Origin: Cyanobacteria bacterium P01_D01_bin.156
GTDB taxonomy: Bacteria; Cyanobacteriota; Cyanobacteriia; Phormidesmidales; Phormidesmidaceae
Assembly: GCA_039024555.1 (NCBI GenBank)
Contig: JBCCQQ010000027.1
Location: forward strand, 12,038-76,037
Direction of reading: 5' to 3'
DNA: 64,000 nt
The first letter of the stretch is position 1, and the number at the start of each line of letters is the position of its first letter. Under the pieces are notes generated by a model. It ran no database searches. It saw only the letters and a list, made by a program, of their open reading frames with translations, and was not told where the DNA came from. Made by a program: the position numbers and the translations under genes. Below are positions 10,001-20,031 of the stretch, in pieces.

Positions 10001-12445
10001 GTGTCCCTTTTTCAGAACATGCCGACTACGCTAATACCCACTGATTTTCTCAAGATGTTAGCTAATGACTATAAACTAACTGCTTTTGAGACAGAAGCAT
10101 TTATTGCCCGCATGACTAACATGGGCAAATCAGACGTAATGGTTGCCGAGAATTTTCTCAAAATTACTAGAGAGAGATACAGCACCAGAATGACAGGAGT
10201 CTACAGAAAATTTAATGTTAAGGGTGAGGGAGCAGGGAAATCCACAACTTTATTCTTTAAAGTCGTTGAAATATATCAGAAAAGTGACCCTTCTGGCTCC
10301 TATGAAGTCACGATCGAGGCAGTAGATAAAATAGTTTCTAAAATCCAAGAAAAAATGCGACCTCTGATATTAGAAAGATGCGACTCAATGCGGATTTTTG
10401 ATATGAGCAGTCCAGTAAAAGTAGAAAATATATTTACTAAAGTTAGAGTAAGAAAAGAAATAAGCTCATATAGGAGTATAAGCATACCAAGACTTGTTGA
10501 AATATCATCTGACGATTCTAAATATGAGAATTACCAGTATTTATCTAGATATCAGGCATCAGGCCCAAAGATATCAGGAATTGATATTGTTAAAGCCAAT
10601 TCAAAATTAATAATCCTAGGAAAACCTGGGGCTGGGAAAACAACTTTCCTTAAACATTTAGCTTTACTTGCATGCAATCAATCAAAGGAGCTTTCTGGAT
10701 ACATTCCTGCCTTCGTACCCTTGAAAGATTTCTGTGCTCAAAATGAACAAAAAAGCCTTAAAGACTTTATACTTTCTGACTTTCAGTTTTATGGGGTTCC
10801 AGATAGTGAGCTAGAGGCAACCATCAAGAATGGTAGGTTTATATTCTTGCTTGACGGTTTAGATGAAATACAAGAATCTAATGCTCAATATATTAGAGGT
10901 GAAATAAGAAATTTATCAAGGTTGTTCCATCGAAATAAATTCATAGTTACATGCCGATTAGCTGCCCAGGAATATAGTTTTGAGAACTTTATTGAGGTTG
11001 AAGTTTGTGATTTTAATGATGAACAAATCAAGGGATTTATAATCAGCTGGTTTAAGGAAAGGGAAAGACCAGAACGTGCCCATGAATGTATTCAACGAAT
11101 TGAAAATGACTTAAGAATCAAAGAATTATCTACCAATCCCTTACTTTTAACTTTACTATGCATTGTATTCGGCGACTCACCAGGGGATTTTCCAGATAGT
11201 CGCTCTGAACTATATGAGCAAGGAATAGATGTCTTATTGAGAAAATGGGATGCAACCCGAGACATCAACAGAGCTAAGATTTACAAGAATTTATCTAAAC
11301 AAAAAAAAGAAGATTTACTTAGTCAAATAGCTTATAGCAGCTTTCAAAGAAACGAATACCTACTAAAGCAAAAAACAGTAGAGCACGAAATTAGAAACTA
11401 CATACTTAACCTGCCAAGCTCCACTCAGAGTCCTCAAACAGCTGATACAGATTGTCGAAAAATCCTTAAGGCTGTTGAATACCAACATGGTCTTTTAATA
11501 GAGGTAGCTAAGGGGATATATTCGTTCTCTCATTTGACTTTTCACGAATACTTCACAGGGAAAAAAATAGTTAGAGCGACTGGTCAAGAGAGTCAAGCTA
11601 TTGGAATAGATTCTCTGGTAGAACACATATTCGAATCTAGATATAGAGAAATCTTTCTTCTAGTTTCATGCATGCTGCAAGATGCGAGCTATCTTATGCA
11701 GAGCATGAAACAGAAAAATGATCTCATCGTTCAAGATAATGAGAAGTTCAAGAATTTTTTCCTCTGGCTAGATAGAAAATCTTCTTCTGTAATAGATTCA
11801 AAAGAGATTGAGAACATTGAAGACCCAGAGAAGCTTAAATCTCATGGCCAAATACTTTATTTCCGTCTAGCAATTGAAACGCGCGACCTCAAGAAATTAA
11901 AAAGAGTAAAACATCAAAAAAACTTAGACTTTGAAACTGACTCCCTTCTAAGTATATGTCTACAACAAACTCGGTTTATCTTAGAGTCTACAAGTTTTTC
12001 TTCTGGGTTACTTTCGGAAAAAGAGTTATCCAATCTTAGAAAAACAATAAGCGCTGAGCATTCCTTTGTCATAAAAACTCTTCAGACTTGTAACAACTTA
12101 GTATTTGATGGCTTATTCAAGGCTAAGCTATCTGAACTATGTAGTGAGTTAAAGTCTGCTGAGAAAACTATAAACTGGTGGCTTTCTAATGGTAATACTT
12201 GGATTAGAGAACTCTCAAGCGTCATGCTAAATTTTAGAGACATCGGCCAGCAGTGGGGATTTGAACAGGATGAGCTCAAAATTCTTAGAAAATACTATGA
12301 TGCCAGTCAATTGATGGAAGACTGTCTCAATCAAGAATGCTATGTCAATAGCGAAATTCGAATAACCCTTACTAATAATATTTTATTGCCTCTATGGATT
12401 AATGACTTGAAAACTCGAAATAAAGATTTTAGTCCTGAGAACTAA
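10001..12445 (+). CDS. NACHT-family STAND NTPase with N-terminal HTH-like region and C-terminal helical domain
   Basis: Walker A GKPGAGKTT, Walker B FIFLLDGLDE, IVTCR, TNPLLLTLLC, YSFSHLTFHEYF; AT-rich; start GTG 10001 or ATG 10019. Confidence 0.92.
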   Translation: MSLFQNMPTTLIPTDFLKMLANDYKLTAFETEAFIARMTNMGKSDVMVAENFLKITRERYSTRMTGVYRKFNVKGEGAGKSTTLFFKVVEIYQKSDPSGSYEVTIEAVDKIVSKIQEKMRPLILERCDSMRIFDMSSPVKVENIFTKVRVRKEISSYRSISIPRLVEISSDDSKYENYQYLSRYQASGPKISGIDIVKANSKLIILGKPGAGKTTFLKHLALLACNQSKELSGYIPAFVPLKDFCAQNEQKSLKDFILSDFQFYGVPDSELEATIKNGRFIFLLDGLDEIQESNAQYIRGEIRNLSRLFHRNKFIVTCRLAAQEYSFENFIEVEVCDFNDEQIKGFIISWFKERERPERAHECIQRIENDLRIKELSTNPLLLTLLCIVFGDSPGDFPDSRSELYEQGIDVLLRKWDATRDINRAKIYKNLSKQKKEDLLSQIAYSSFQRNEYLLKQKTVEHEIRNYILNLPSSTQSPQTADTDCRKILKAVEYQHGLLIEVAKGIYSFSHLTFHEYFTGKKIVRATGQESQAIGIDSLVEHIFESRYREIFLLVSCMLQDASYLMQSMKQKNDLIVQDNEKFKNFFLWLDRKSSSVIDSKEIENIEDPEKLKSHGQILYFRLAIETRDLKKLKRVKHQKNLDFETDSLLSICLQQTRFILESTSFSSGLLSEKELSNLRKTISAEHSFVIKTLQTCNNLVFDGLFKAKLSELCSELKSAEKTINWWLSNGNTWIRELSSVMLNFRDIGQQWGFEQDELKILRKYYDASQLMEDCLNQECYVNSEIRITLTNNILLPLWINDLKTRNKDFSPEN

Positions 12446-12589
12446 CGTAATGCTCTTGATTTTATTTTTCAGAAATCACCGTGAATCATTAAAAACCAGG
12501 CTTTAACTAACTCAAAAAAATAATAGTCGAGCAAAATCATTTATTGTTCACCATAAGAAGTATTCAACCAACATTATTATGAATATTTC

Positions 12590-13099
12590 TCATGCATCAA
12601 CTTGTTTCAAATAGCCTAACTGAATAAAGACCCAACAAATCATGCCGTAGATTATCCCTGCTGGAATCAAGATTTTATACCCAGGGTCAATAGCAACCTG
12701 CATAGACGGTGGAGTAAGAATCAGCCCTGACACCATAGAAACCACAACAGATGTCAGGACAAATGTGCAAGAGCTGATAACGCCTTGTCCTGCCAAGGAT
12801 TGTTTAGCCCGTTTAGCCTTACGAAAAAGCCAAGGTGTTTTAGCAACCAGGGAACTGACCCAAGGCCACAGTCGCATGCCAACGATAAATGCGAGAGGAA
12901 ACATTAGAAACCCAACCAAACCACTCAATTGGGAATATGGAGCGACCAATGCAGTCAGATGAGTGCCACCGAAACTACCGCCAAATAGCAGTATTGCTGA
13001 GCTAAAAAAATTGGCTGTTCGCTTTGGGATTGGGGTCGGTGGCATGTACAAAAAAAGTTGGCTGCTGATACTATCTACAGCCGCTCTCAAGCCACCCAT
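12590..13099 (-). CDS. Hypothetical membrane protein (about 4 TM)
   Basis: Four hydrophobic segments; true start may be ATG 13045. Confidence 0.6.
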   Translation of the reverse strand: MGGLRAAVDSISSQLFLYMPPTPIPKRTANFFSSAILLFGGSFGGTHLTALVAPYSQLSGLVGFLMFPLAFIVGMRLWPWVSSLVAKTPWLFRKAKRAKQSLAGQGVISSCTFVLTSVVVSMVSGLILTPPSMQVAIDPGYKILIPAGIIYGMICWVFIQLGYLKQVDA

Positions 13100-13191
13100 G
13101 AAAAGCCATCATGAACTTATCAATAAGGGTTTTCTGTAAGACATTCGCGGATACTTATGCGCTGGCTCAAGCATCCTTGCTACACGGTCTT

Positions 13192-14622
13192 CTAGAACAG
13201 TCTGGAACTAATGCTCTGGGGTACTGGCAAAATAATCATCACTAAAAGCACCATGGCAATGAGTCCCAGGGCATCTCGCAACGCATTGAGTTCACTCATA
13301 TCATCCAATGCTGGATCATCCTGGCTTGGCATAAACAACAGCAGCAATGCCCAAAGCAAGTATTCCGACTGAATGAATACCATAGCTGCCACGATAATTC
13401 TGGCAATATTACCAATGGCCGCACCTCCCCAGCGGCCATACATAGCATGGACGATATGGCCTCCATCCAACTGGCCAACTGGCATTAAGCTAAGCGCAGT
13501 CAGTACTAGCCCCAAACAACCTGCGATCGCAACAGAATGAAGATCCAGTGCCTGCTCAGGCTGCAGCCCATCCCCGAGAGCTAACTTACTGACAATCGCT
13601 AATAAAAAAGACCCCCGAGGATCTAGGGACTGAAAATTGAACAAGCTAGATTCCTCAGTAAGAGGCACCGCTTGGGAATGGGCCACTCCCCAAAAGACTA
13701 TGGGCAAGCTGACAATAAAACCCGCTAATGGTCCTGCTATGCCTAGATCAAAGAGCGCACGACGATGAGGCGCTGGCGCTTTAATACGGACAAAGGCACC
13801 GATGGTACCGAGAAAATAAGGCACCGGAATAAAAAAGGGTGGCGAGGCAGGGATCCTGTGGCGACGGGCGACAGCATAATGCGCTATCTCTCGCACCGCC
13901 AAAATCATCATTACCGCCAGGCTGTACCCTAAACCTTTGGCCAGAATAATCGGCTGTGATCGCAATTCTGAAAAGGACAAATCATGGACCAATAGCATTC
14001 CTGCCAGGGTGGTCGTCCCCAAGGTCAATATAAATAGAAGAATTGAGATAAGCCAGCTACGCCGTCGAGTTGGCTGAGCGCGTTTGGAATTGGGCAATAG
14101 GGTAAATATAGGGTTACCATTACGCTCTTCCTGTAGAACCACCAAAAATCGATCGCCAAATTGCGATCGCACATTTTGCTGAACAGTGCTGTGAGCAACG
14201 GCAGGTTTTGCCTTTAGACGACCTCGGCAAATCGTTACCTGCTGACGTCGTTCAATTTTTTGCAAAAAATAGACAGACCAGGGAAAACAATCCCTTAATT
14301 GATTTTCTTCCTCTGCCTCTAAGAGTAAGGGCGGGGGTGCTGACGATGTTACCATCGGCGACTGTTGGACTTTAGGAGGTTGGCGGCCTAACAAAACCAC
14401 CCAAGTATAGAGTAACGGACAAATAACGAATAACGCCAAGATAAACAGGTTCGGTGGCGTACTGCGACCATACCGAAGCACCCATAGAGTCAGCGAAATA
14501 ATCGGCGCCATAATAATCAGCCACAGCAACCATACGGGTGCACGTGTCATGGTTGCCACACCACGGCGAATGACCCAGTAGGTCAAAAATCCCAGTAAAA
14601 TCGATAACAGTACAAACGTCAT
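13192..14622 (-). CDS. Site-2 protease (peptidase M50) family membrane protein
   Basis: GIAGPLAG, LMPVGQLDGGHI; zinc motif reads REIAH rather than HExxH. Confidence 0.88.
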   Translation of the reverse strand: MTFVLLSILLGFLTYWVIRRGVATMTRAPVWLLWLIIMAPIISLTLWVLRYGRSTPPNLFILALFVICPLLYTWVVLLGRQPPKVQQSPMVTSSAPPPLLLEAEEENQLRDCFPWSVYFLQKIERRQQVTICRGRLKAKPAVAHSTVQQNVRSQFGDRFLVVLQEERNGNPIFTLLPNSKRAQPTRRRSWLISILLFILTLGTTTLAGMLLVHDLSFSELRSQPIILAKGLGYSLAVMMILAVREIAHYAVARRHRIPASPPFFIPVPYFLGTIGAFVRIKAPAPHRRALFDLGIAGPLAGFIVSLPIVFWGVAHSQAVPLTEESSLFNFQSLDPRGSFLLAIVSKLALGDGLQPEQALDLHSVAIAGCLGLVLTALSLMPVGQLDGGHIVHAMYGRWGGAAIGNIARIIVAAMVFIQSEYLLWALLLLFMPSQDDPALDDMSELNALRDALGLIAMVLLVMIILPVPQSISSRLF

Positions 14623-14800
14623 AAATGCACAACGCCATCTTTGCTAGGGTCCTGATCTTAAGTCATTGCTGATTTGTAAGATGAAACGAGCTATAAAACT
14701 GCCGTTTATCATCCTATTGCAGACAAAATCATACCGGGATTCAGCAACGCCAGATTTAATTATCAGGCAGATTATCTAGCAGACGGCTCTCTGAGGAATA

Positions 14801-15553
14801 TTGGTGTCTAGTTCAACAACAACTCTGGGCAGTAGCTCTGCCCCTGATAATTCTCGCCCATCAGCAAAACTTCCCAAACCGGTTTTTGACACTGGCATAA
14901 CTCCCTATGCATTTTCACCTAATCGTGAAACCTTAGGGGGTACCGCTTACTTGATACCGCACAGTGCCACTGCAAATGAAACTTCTTTGGCAAGAAGCAA
15001 CATTTTGGTGGACTGCCCTAGCTGGACCGATGCCAATCTCGATTTTATTGCTCAGCAAGGGGGTATCGGATGTCTGGTGATTACCCATCGAGGTGGGGCT
15101 AGTAACGTACGCGATTGGCAAAACCAGTTCAACTGCCAAGTAGTGGTACAAGAACAAGAAGCTTATCTTCTACCCCAGATACAAACCCATACCTTTCATT
15201 ACGAACTAGAGCTCACCCTCGACCACCGACTACTGTGGACACCCGGTCATTCCCCTGGGTCCATATGCCTTTACAGTTCTACGAACGGTGGCACCCTCTT
15301 CACGGGTCGGCATATTTTACCTACTCGCCAAGGGAGTGCTGTGCCACTGCGCGTCGCTAAGACATTTCACTGGCCACGGCAACTCAAACATGTACAGCGG
15401 TTCCTAGACGAATTTAACCCTCAAACTCTGACCCATATTTGTCCAGGCGCTAGTATCGGCTTTCTGCGAGGAAAGCGTTACATCGACAATGCCTATGCTC
15501 AGATTGCCAGCCTCAACTTTTCAGAGTTAGCTGAGGCCCCAGCTCTGCTATAA
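14801..15553 (+). CDS. MBL-fold metallo-hydrolase-like protein
   Basis: ILVDCP, VITHRGG, WTPGHSPGS, LFTGRH, ICPG; degenerate metal motif. Confidence 0.8.
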   Translation: MVSSSTTTLGSSSAPDNSRPSAKLPKPVFDTGITPYAFSPNRETLGGTAYLIPHSATANETSLARSNILVDCPSWTDANLDFIAQQGGIGCLVITHRGGASNVRDWQNQFNCQVVVQEQEAYLLPQIQTHTFHYELELTLDHRLLWTPGHSPGSICLYSSTNGGTLFTGRHILPTRQGSAVPLRVAKTFHWPRQLKHVQRFLDEFNPQTLTHICPGASIGFLRGKRYIDNAYAQIASLNFSELAEAPALL

Positions 15554-15588
15554 GCCTTTAGACAGCAAAAGAAATCCCTTGTACCAAT

Positions 15589-16890
15589 TCACACCAACTG
15601 ATTCAGACTGGAATTAGCCACGGTTGGCGATGCATCCAAAGGTTCTCGAATCTGCTCAAAAACGGCATCCAAAGACAGGGTCTTTGGATGAATCAGCCAG
15701 GTAAGATGGCAGGGCTTAATCAGGGTCTGAACCAAGGCCGATAACTCACTGATCGCCACCAGACCGGTAGGCATTTTTAATTTAATGCCTCGCTGGTAAA
15801 GGGTATAGCCCCGATTACGAATATGTCGAATTCCCACATAGGCAATCGGGGAAATACTTTGAACCCGCTGCTGTGCTAAGGCCAAAATCTTTGCTTGATC
15901 CTGGGAGTTGTAGTGACTAATATCTGTGGCTTTTGGTAAGCGACGATTCACAAAGCGTTGACACAAGTCCGACAAAATTACATCGCTGTGAGTCTGCCAC
16001 CGCTGCAAATGGTAATGCAGAACATAATCGTCTTGAGCTAGATAAGTGCCCAGGGGCAGCTTGTCCGGAGATTGGCTCAGCCAAGCCGTCATTGTTTCAT
16101 CTGCATCCAAAGCAGACTCACGCAGCAGCTCCCGTGCCCGAGCAATAGCTTTTTCTAAGATCCAGGTAGCAACTAAGTTTTTGGGATGGTTATAAATCTG
16201 AGCGTACATAAAATATCGCACGATCAGATAGTGCTCAATTGCCCCTAAGCCTTTTTGCATGACCACCAGTTGTTGACTCTGGCGGTCATAATCCATAGCC
16301 AAAATGATTCGGTCTAAATCTAACTGGCCGTAGGATGCTCCCGTAAAATGGCTATCACGCATTAGGTAATCAATGCGATCGCAATCCAACTGGCTGGAGA
16401 CTAGCTGCCACACACAAGGAACATCATGCTCATGGCGATAAATTTGTAAAATCTCGCTCAGCAGGGTTGGCGCAAAATCCTCCAGACGCTCACAGATTTC
16501 AGGGGACTCTTCTATAATGCGCTGAGTCCAATATTCGTGGTGCCCTCCAAAAACTTCCTCAGCTGTATGACTGAAAGGACCGTGCCCTACATCATGCAAT
16601 AAAGCAGCACAAAGGACAGCGGCACGATGACACCCCAGTTCGGGATATATGCCCTTCAAACGATCAAACGCCCGTCGAGCTATGGCCATTACCCCCAATG
16701 AATGGGTAAATCGTGAACTTTCAGCACCATGAAACGTTAAGCTAGCTGGCCCCAGCTGCCGAATACGACGCAGCCGCTGAAATATTGACGTATCAATCAA
16801 GTCAATCAACAAAGATTCCACCGAGTCAGCACTATCTAGAGTGATAGCGCCATGGAGTGGATCATGATACGTACGAGTTTTTAACGGCAT
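15589..16890 (-). CDS. HD-domain phosphohydrolase (YdhJ/dNTPase-like)
   Basis: FQRLRRIRQLG, SRFTHSLG, LLHDVGHGPFSH, LDCDRIDYL. Confidence 0.9.
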   Translation of the reverse strand: MPLKTRTYHDPLHGAITLDSADSVESLLIDLIDTSIFQRLRRIRQLGPASLTFHGAESSRFTHSLGVMAIARRAFDRLKGIYPELGCHRAAVLCAALLHDVGHGPFSHTAEEVFGGHHEYWTQRIIEESPEICERLEDFAPTLLSEILQIYRHEHDVPCVWQLVSSQLDCDRIDYLMRDSHFTGASYGQLDLDRIILAMDYDRQSQQLVVMQKGLGAIEHYLIVRYFMYAQIYNHPKNLVATWILEKAIARARELLRESALDADETMTAWLSQSPDKLPLGTYLAQDDYVLHYHLQRWQTHSDVILSDLCQRFVNRRLPKATDISHYNSQDQAKILALAQQRVQSISPIAYVGIRHIRNRGYTLYQRGIKLKMPTGLVAISELSALVQTLIKPCHLTWLIHPKTLSLDAVFEQIREPLDASPTVANSSLNQLV

Positions 16891-16910
16891 GGTCTAAACC
16901 ATGGATTACA

Positions 16911-18167
16911 TCACAACATCGGTATTAAAGTTTCAACTGCCGCTTGGTACTGACTGTCATCAGCTGTCGCGAACTGCTCACGAGTGAGGGCCTCTGCTTT
17001 GACAATACGATCAGGCGTAATCCCCAGCTTATTGATGTCATGGTGATCAGGCGTCTCATATTTAGCAACCGTCACTGCCAAACCAGACCCATGGGGCAGA
17101 TCGAACAGCGATTGAATCAATCCTTTGCCAAAGGTGGTCTCCCCCACAAGCTGGGCACGACCGTTATCTTGAAGGGCACCTGCCAAAATTTCACTCGCAC
17201 TAGCCGTGCCTCCATTCACCAAAAGCACCAAAGGTTTCTGAGTGAGCGCATGGGCACCTGCCTCAAAACTCTCTAAAATCCCTTGACGATTCACGGTGTA
17301 AACAATAGTGCCCTCATCCAACCACAGCCTAGCAATCTCAATGCCAGCCTGCAGTAATCCCCCCGGATTATTACGCAGATCCAAAATGTATCCACTGGCG
17401 CGTTGACGTTCTAATTTATCTAGAGCAACACGAATATCTTCAACGGCATTGCCATTAAATTGCCCCAAGCGAATGTACCCAATCTTTCGAGCCTCTTCTG
17501 TATGAAGTTCAGCAAATACAGGATTGAGATTAATACGCTCACGAGTAAGGTTTACTTCAAAAGGATCAGACTCTCCCCGCTCGATTTCTAAGGTCACAAT
17601 CGTTCCCGCAGGTCCACGCATCCGTGCTGCTGCTTCATCTAAAGAAAACGACTGGGTAGACGTACCATTGATAGCAAGGATCTTATCCTTGGGGGAAAGA
17701 CCCGCCCGCTCAGCTGGCGACCCCACAATGGGAGCAATTACCCGTAAATGTTGATTTTCACCATCCTTAGCAATCTGCAGTCCCACCCCTAATAGCTCAC
17801 CGGATGTATTAGTCTGCAAACTCTGGTATTGCTCAGGTGGCAGAAAACGCGTGTACGGATCATCCAGCCTCTGAAGCATGCCCTGAGATTCTTGATACGC
17901 ATCATCCCAAGACCGCAGGGGACGTTTGAGCGCTTTCTCACGAACGAACCACCAATTTTGATGATTAAACGTCTCATCTAAATAAGCCCGGTTAACGATG
18001 CGCCAAACTTCCATCACCAGCTTCTGCTGCTCTGTAAACGCTAAGGCAGGTGAATTTCCAAACCCCAAACTTAAAAGAGCAGCAATACTTATCGCGCAGA
18101 TACCTCGTATGAGAACTACTCGTAGCAGCTCAACTTTTCTCATTCTTTGCCACAGCTCAAACAACAC
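16911..18167 (-). CDS. ctpA: Carboxyl-terminal processing protease CtpA (S41)
   Basis: LDDPYTRFL, PDZ region, DLRNNPGG, TASASEILAGAL, TFGKGLIQ; divergent from petB. Confidence 0.9.
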   Translation of the reverse strand: MLFELWQRMRKVELLRVVLIRGICAISIAALLSLGFGNSPALAFTEQQKLVMEVWRIVNRAYLDETFNHQNWWFVREKALKRPLRSWDDAYQESQGMLQRLDDPYTRFLPPEQYQSLQTNTSGELLGVGLQIAKDGENQHLRVIAPIVGSPAERAGLSPKDKILAINGTSTQSFSLDEAAARMRGPAGTIVTLEIERGESDPFEVNLTRERINLNPVFAELHTEEARKIGYIRLGQFNGNAVEDIRVALDKLERQRASGYILDLRNNPGGLLQAGIEIARLWLDEGTIVYTVNRQGILESFEAGAHALTQKPLVLLVNGGTASASEILAGALQDNGRAQLVGETTFGKGLIQSLFDLPHGSGLAVTVAKYETPDHHDINKLGITPDRIVKAEALTREQFATADDSQYQAAVETLIPML

Positions 18168-18541
18168 TGCTGCTCAACGACAAGACAATCCTGCATTAAG
18201 CTCCATGGGCACCGCAGCACCCTTCTTTGTAGTCAGCATAGCGGCTTACTCATAACTTTGTGAGCCTCTCATTGCGCAGACATCAGAATTCAAAACCGAC
18301 CTAAGCGAGTCAATAACAATGAAGTTTTGTAAACAAAACTCAGCAAATGGATTGAGCTTTGATGTCTCTAAACTGCCCGTGCGAATCTGTACAGGCTCTG
18401 AACAATATTGCTTAACCTTTATTGGACAGTCTTCTAGAGGTATTTATTTCTACACAGGAAATTACAAAATGCTCAGCTTCCAAAGAGGGGTTGTGTTACA
18501 TTTTTTAGTAACGGCATAGATCTCTTTTATATCCGCGCTTC

Positions 18542-19210
18542 ATGTTTACTAAGCAAGTTACAGACTCTAAAGCCTATCAGTGGTTTAATGAGCGTCTTGA
18601 GATTCAGGCACTTGCCGATGATATCTCTAGCAAGTATGTGCCCCCTCACGTCAATATTTTTTATTGTCTAGGCGGTATCACACTCGTATGTTTTATCATC
18701 CAGTTCGCTACTGGATTTGCAATGACTTTCTACTACAAGCCAACTGTAGTAGAGGCATTTAACTCCGTTCAGTATCTGATGACTGATGTGAGTTTTGGTT
18801 GGTTGATTCGCTCCATTCATCGCTGGTCTGCAAGCATGATGGTACTGATGATGATTTTGCACGTTTTTCGGGTTTATCTCACTGGCGGTTTCAAAAATCC
18901 CCGTGAATTAACCTGGGTAACGGGTGTAATCATGGCAACCATCACCGTCTCCTTTGGTGTGACTGGTTATTCTCTCCCTTGGGACCAAGTAGGCTACTGG
19001 GCTGTCAAAATCGTGTCCGGTGTACCTAGTGCTATTCCCGTTGTGGGTGGTCTGATGGTTGAGTTTATTCGCGGTGGCGAGAGTGTTGGCCAAGCTACGT
19101 TAACTCGCTTCTACAGCTTGCATACCTTTGTATTGCCTTGGTTAATGGCTGTATTTATGCTGACTCACTTCCTAATGATTCGTAAGCAGGGCATTTCTGG
19201 TCCTTTGTAA
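18542..19210 (+). CDS. petB: Cytochrome b6
   Basis: 222 aa; [32 protein letters not shown]. Confidence 0.99.
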   Translation: MFTKQVTDSKAYQWFNERLEIQALADDISSKYVPPHVNIFYCLGGITLVCFIIQFATGFAMTFYYKPTVVEAFNSVQYLMTDVSFGWLIRSIHRWSASMMVLMMILHVFRVYLTGGFKNPRELTWVTGVIMATITVSFGVTGYSLPWDQVGYWAVKIVSGVPSAIPVVGGLMVEFIRGGESVGQATLTRFYSLHTFVLPWLMAVFMLTHFLMIRKQGISGPL

Positions 19211-19362
19211 GTTCAGGAATTAAAGCACGCACGGAACTGAGTTTTGTATTAGCCTGTTTGTTTTACTTGGTTAATAGTTCTGGCTCAATGCTGATTGAAA
19301 AGCTAGAGTGTTAGGACAGGTCATTTATTTTATTAGAGGTCAACTAGGAGACTACTTGAGCT

Positions 19363-19845
19363 ATGGCAACGATTAAGAAGCCTGATCTCAGCGATCCTCA
19401 ACTTAGAGAGAAGCTGAAAAAAGGTATGGGCCACAACTATTATGGTGAGCCCGCATGGCCTAACGACTTGTTGTATATCTTTCCTGTGGTGATTTTAGGC
19501 AGCATTGCTTGCTGTGTAGCACTCGCTGTTCTAGATCCTGCCCTTGTAGGTGAGCCCGCAAATCCCTTTGCAACACCTTTGGAAATTCTTCCTGAATGGT
19601 ACCTGTACCCTGCTTTCCAGATTCTTCGGATTGTTCCTAACAAGCTTCTGGGAATTGCATTGCAGACAGCTATTCCTCTTGGTCTGATGCTTGTACCGTT
19701 TATTGAAAATGTAAACAAGTTTCAGAACCCTTTCCGCCGTCCAGTGGCTACAGCTGTATTTCTGTTTGGTACCTTGACTACTCTGTGGTTGGGTGTTGGT
19801 GCAGCCCTTCCCATCGACAAATCGCTCACACTGGGTTTGTTCTAG
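19363..19845 (+). CDS. petD: Cytochrome b6f subunit IV
   Basis: 160 aa; [20 protein letters not shown]. Confidence 0.99.
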   Translation: MATIKKPDLSDPQLREKLKKGMGHNYYGEPAWPNDLLYIFPVVILGSIACCVALAVLDPALVGEPANPFATPLEILPEWYLYPAFQILRIVPNKLLGIALQTAIPLGLMLVPFIENVNKFQNPFRRPVATAVFLFGTLTTLWLGVGAALPIDKSLTLGLF

Positions 19846-19877
19846 GAATTACGCAACGAGATTAGATTCGTTATTCG

Positions 19878-19925
19878 ACTTCTTGGAGATCCACACTATG
19901 TGTGTAAATCTTCAAGAAGTTTTTT
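19878..19925 (+). terminator. Intrinsic terminator after petD
   Basis: ACTTCTTGGAGAT / ATCTTCAAGAAGT stem followed by T tract. Confidence 0.65.
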
Positions 19926-20031
19926 AATGTGCCAAGATACAGCTAAGACTTCTCTTATTACTAGGCATCTCCATCTGTTTTTAGGTTAGATTCGGGCAAA
20001 CTATTGGTGCGAACGTGCCGGCTAGTCGGAC

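Noticed and set aside
6822..13522. No HIP1 site seen across the NACHT islet, as support for foreign origin
   Set aside because: A similar-sized gap occurs in core genes (about 14170-21067), so it is not discriminating.
17998..18519. Short ORFs between or overlapping ctpA and petB
   Set aside because: No motifs; they overlap ctpA antisense or the divergent promoter region.
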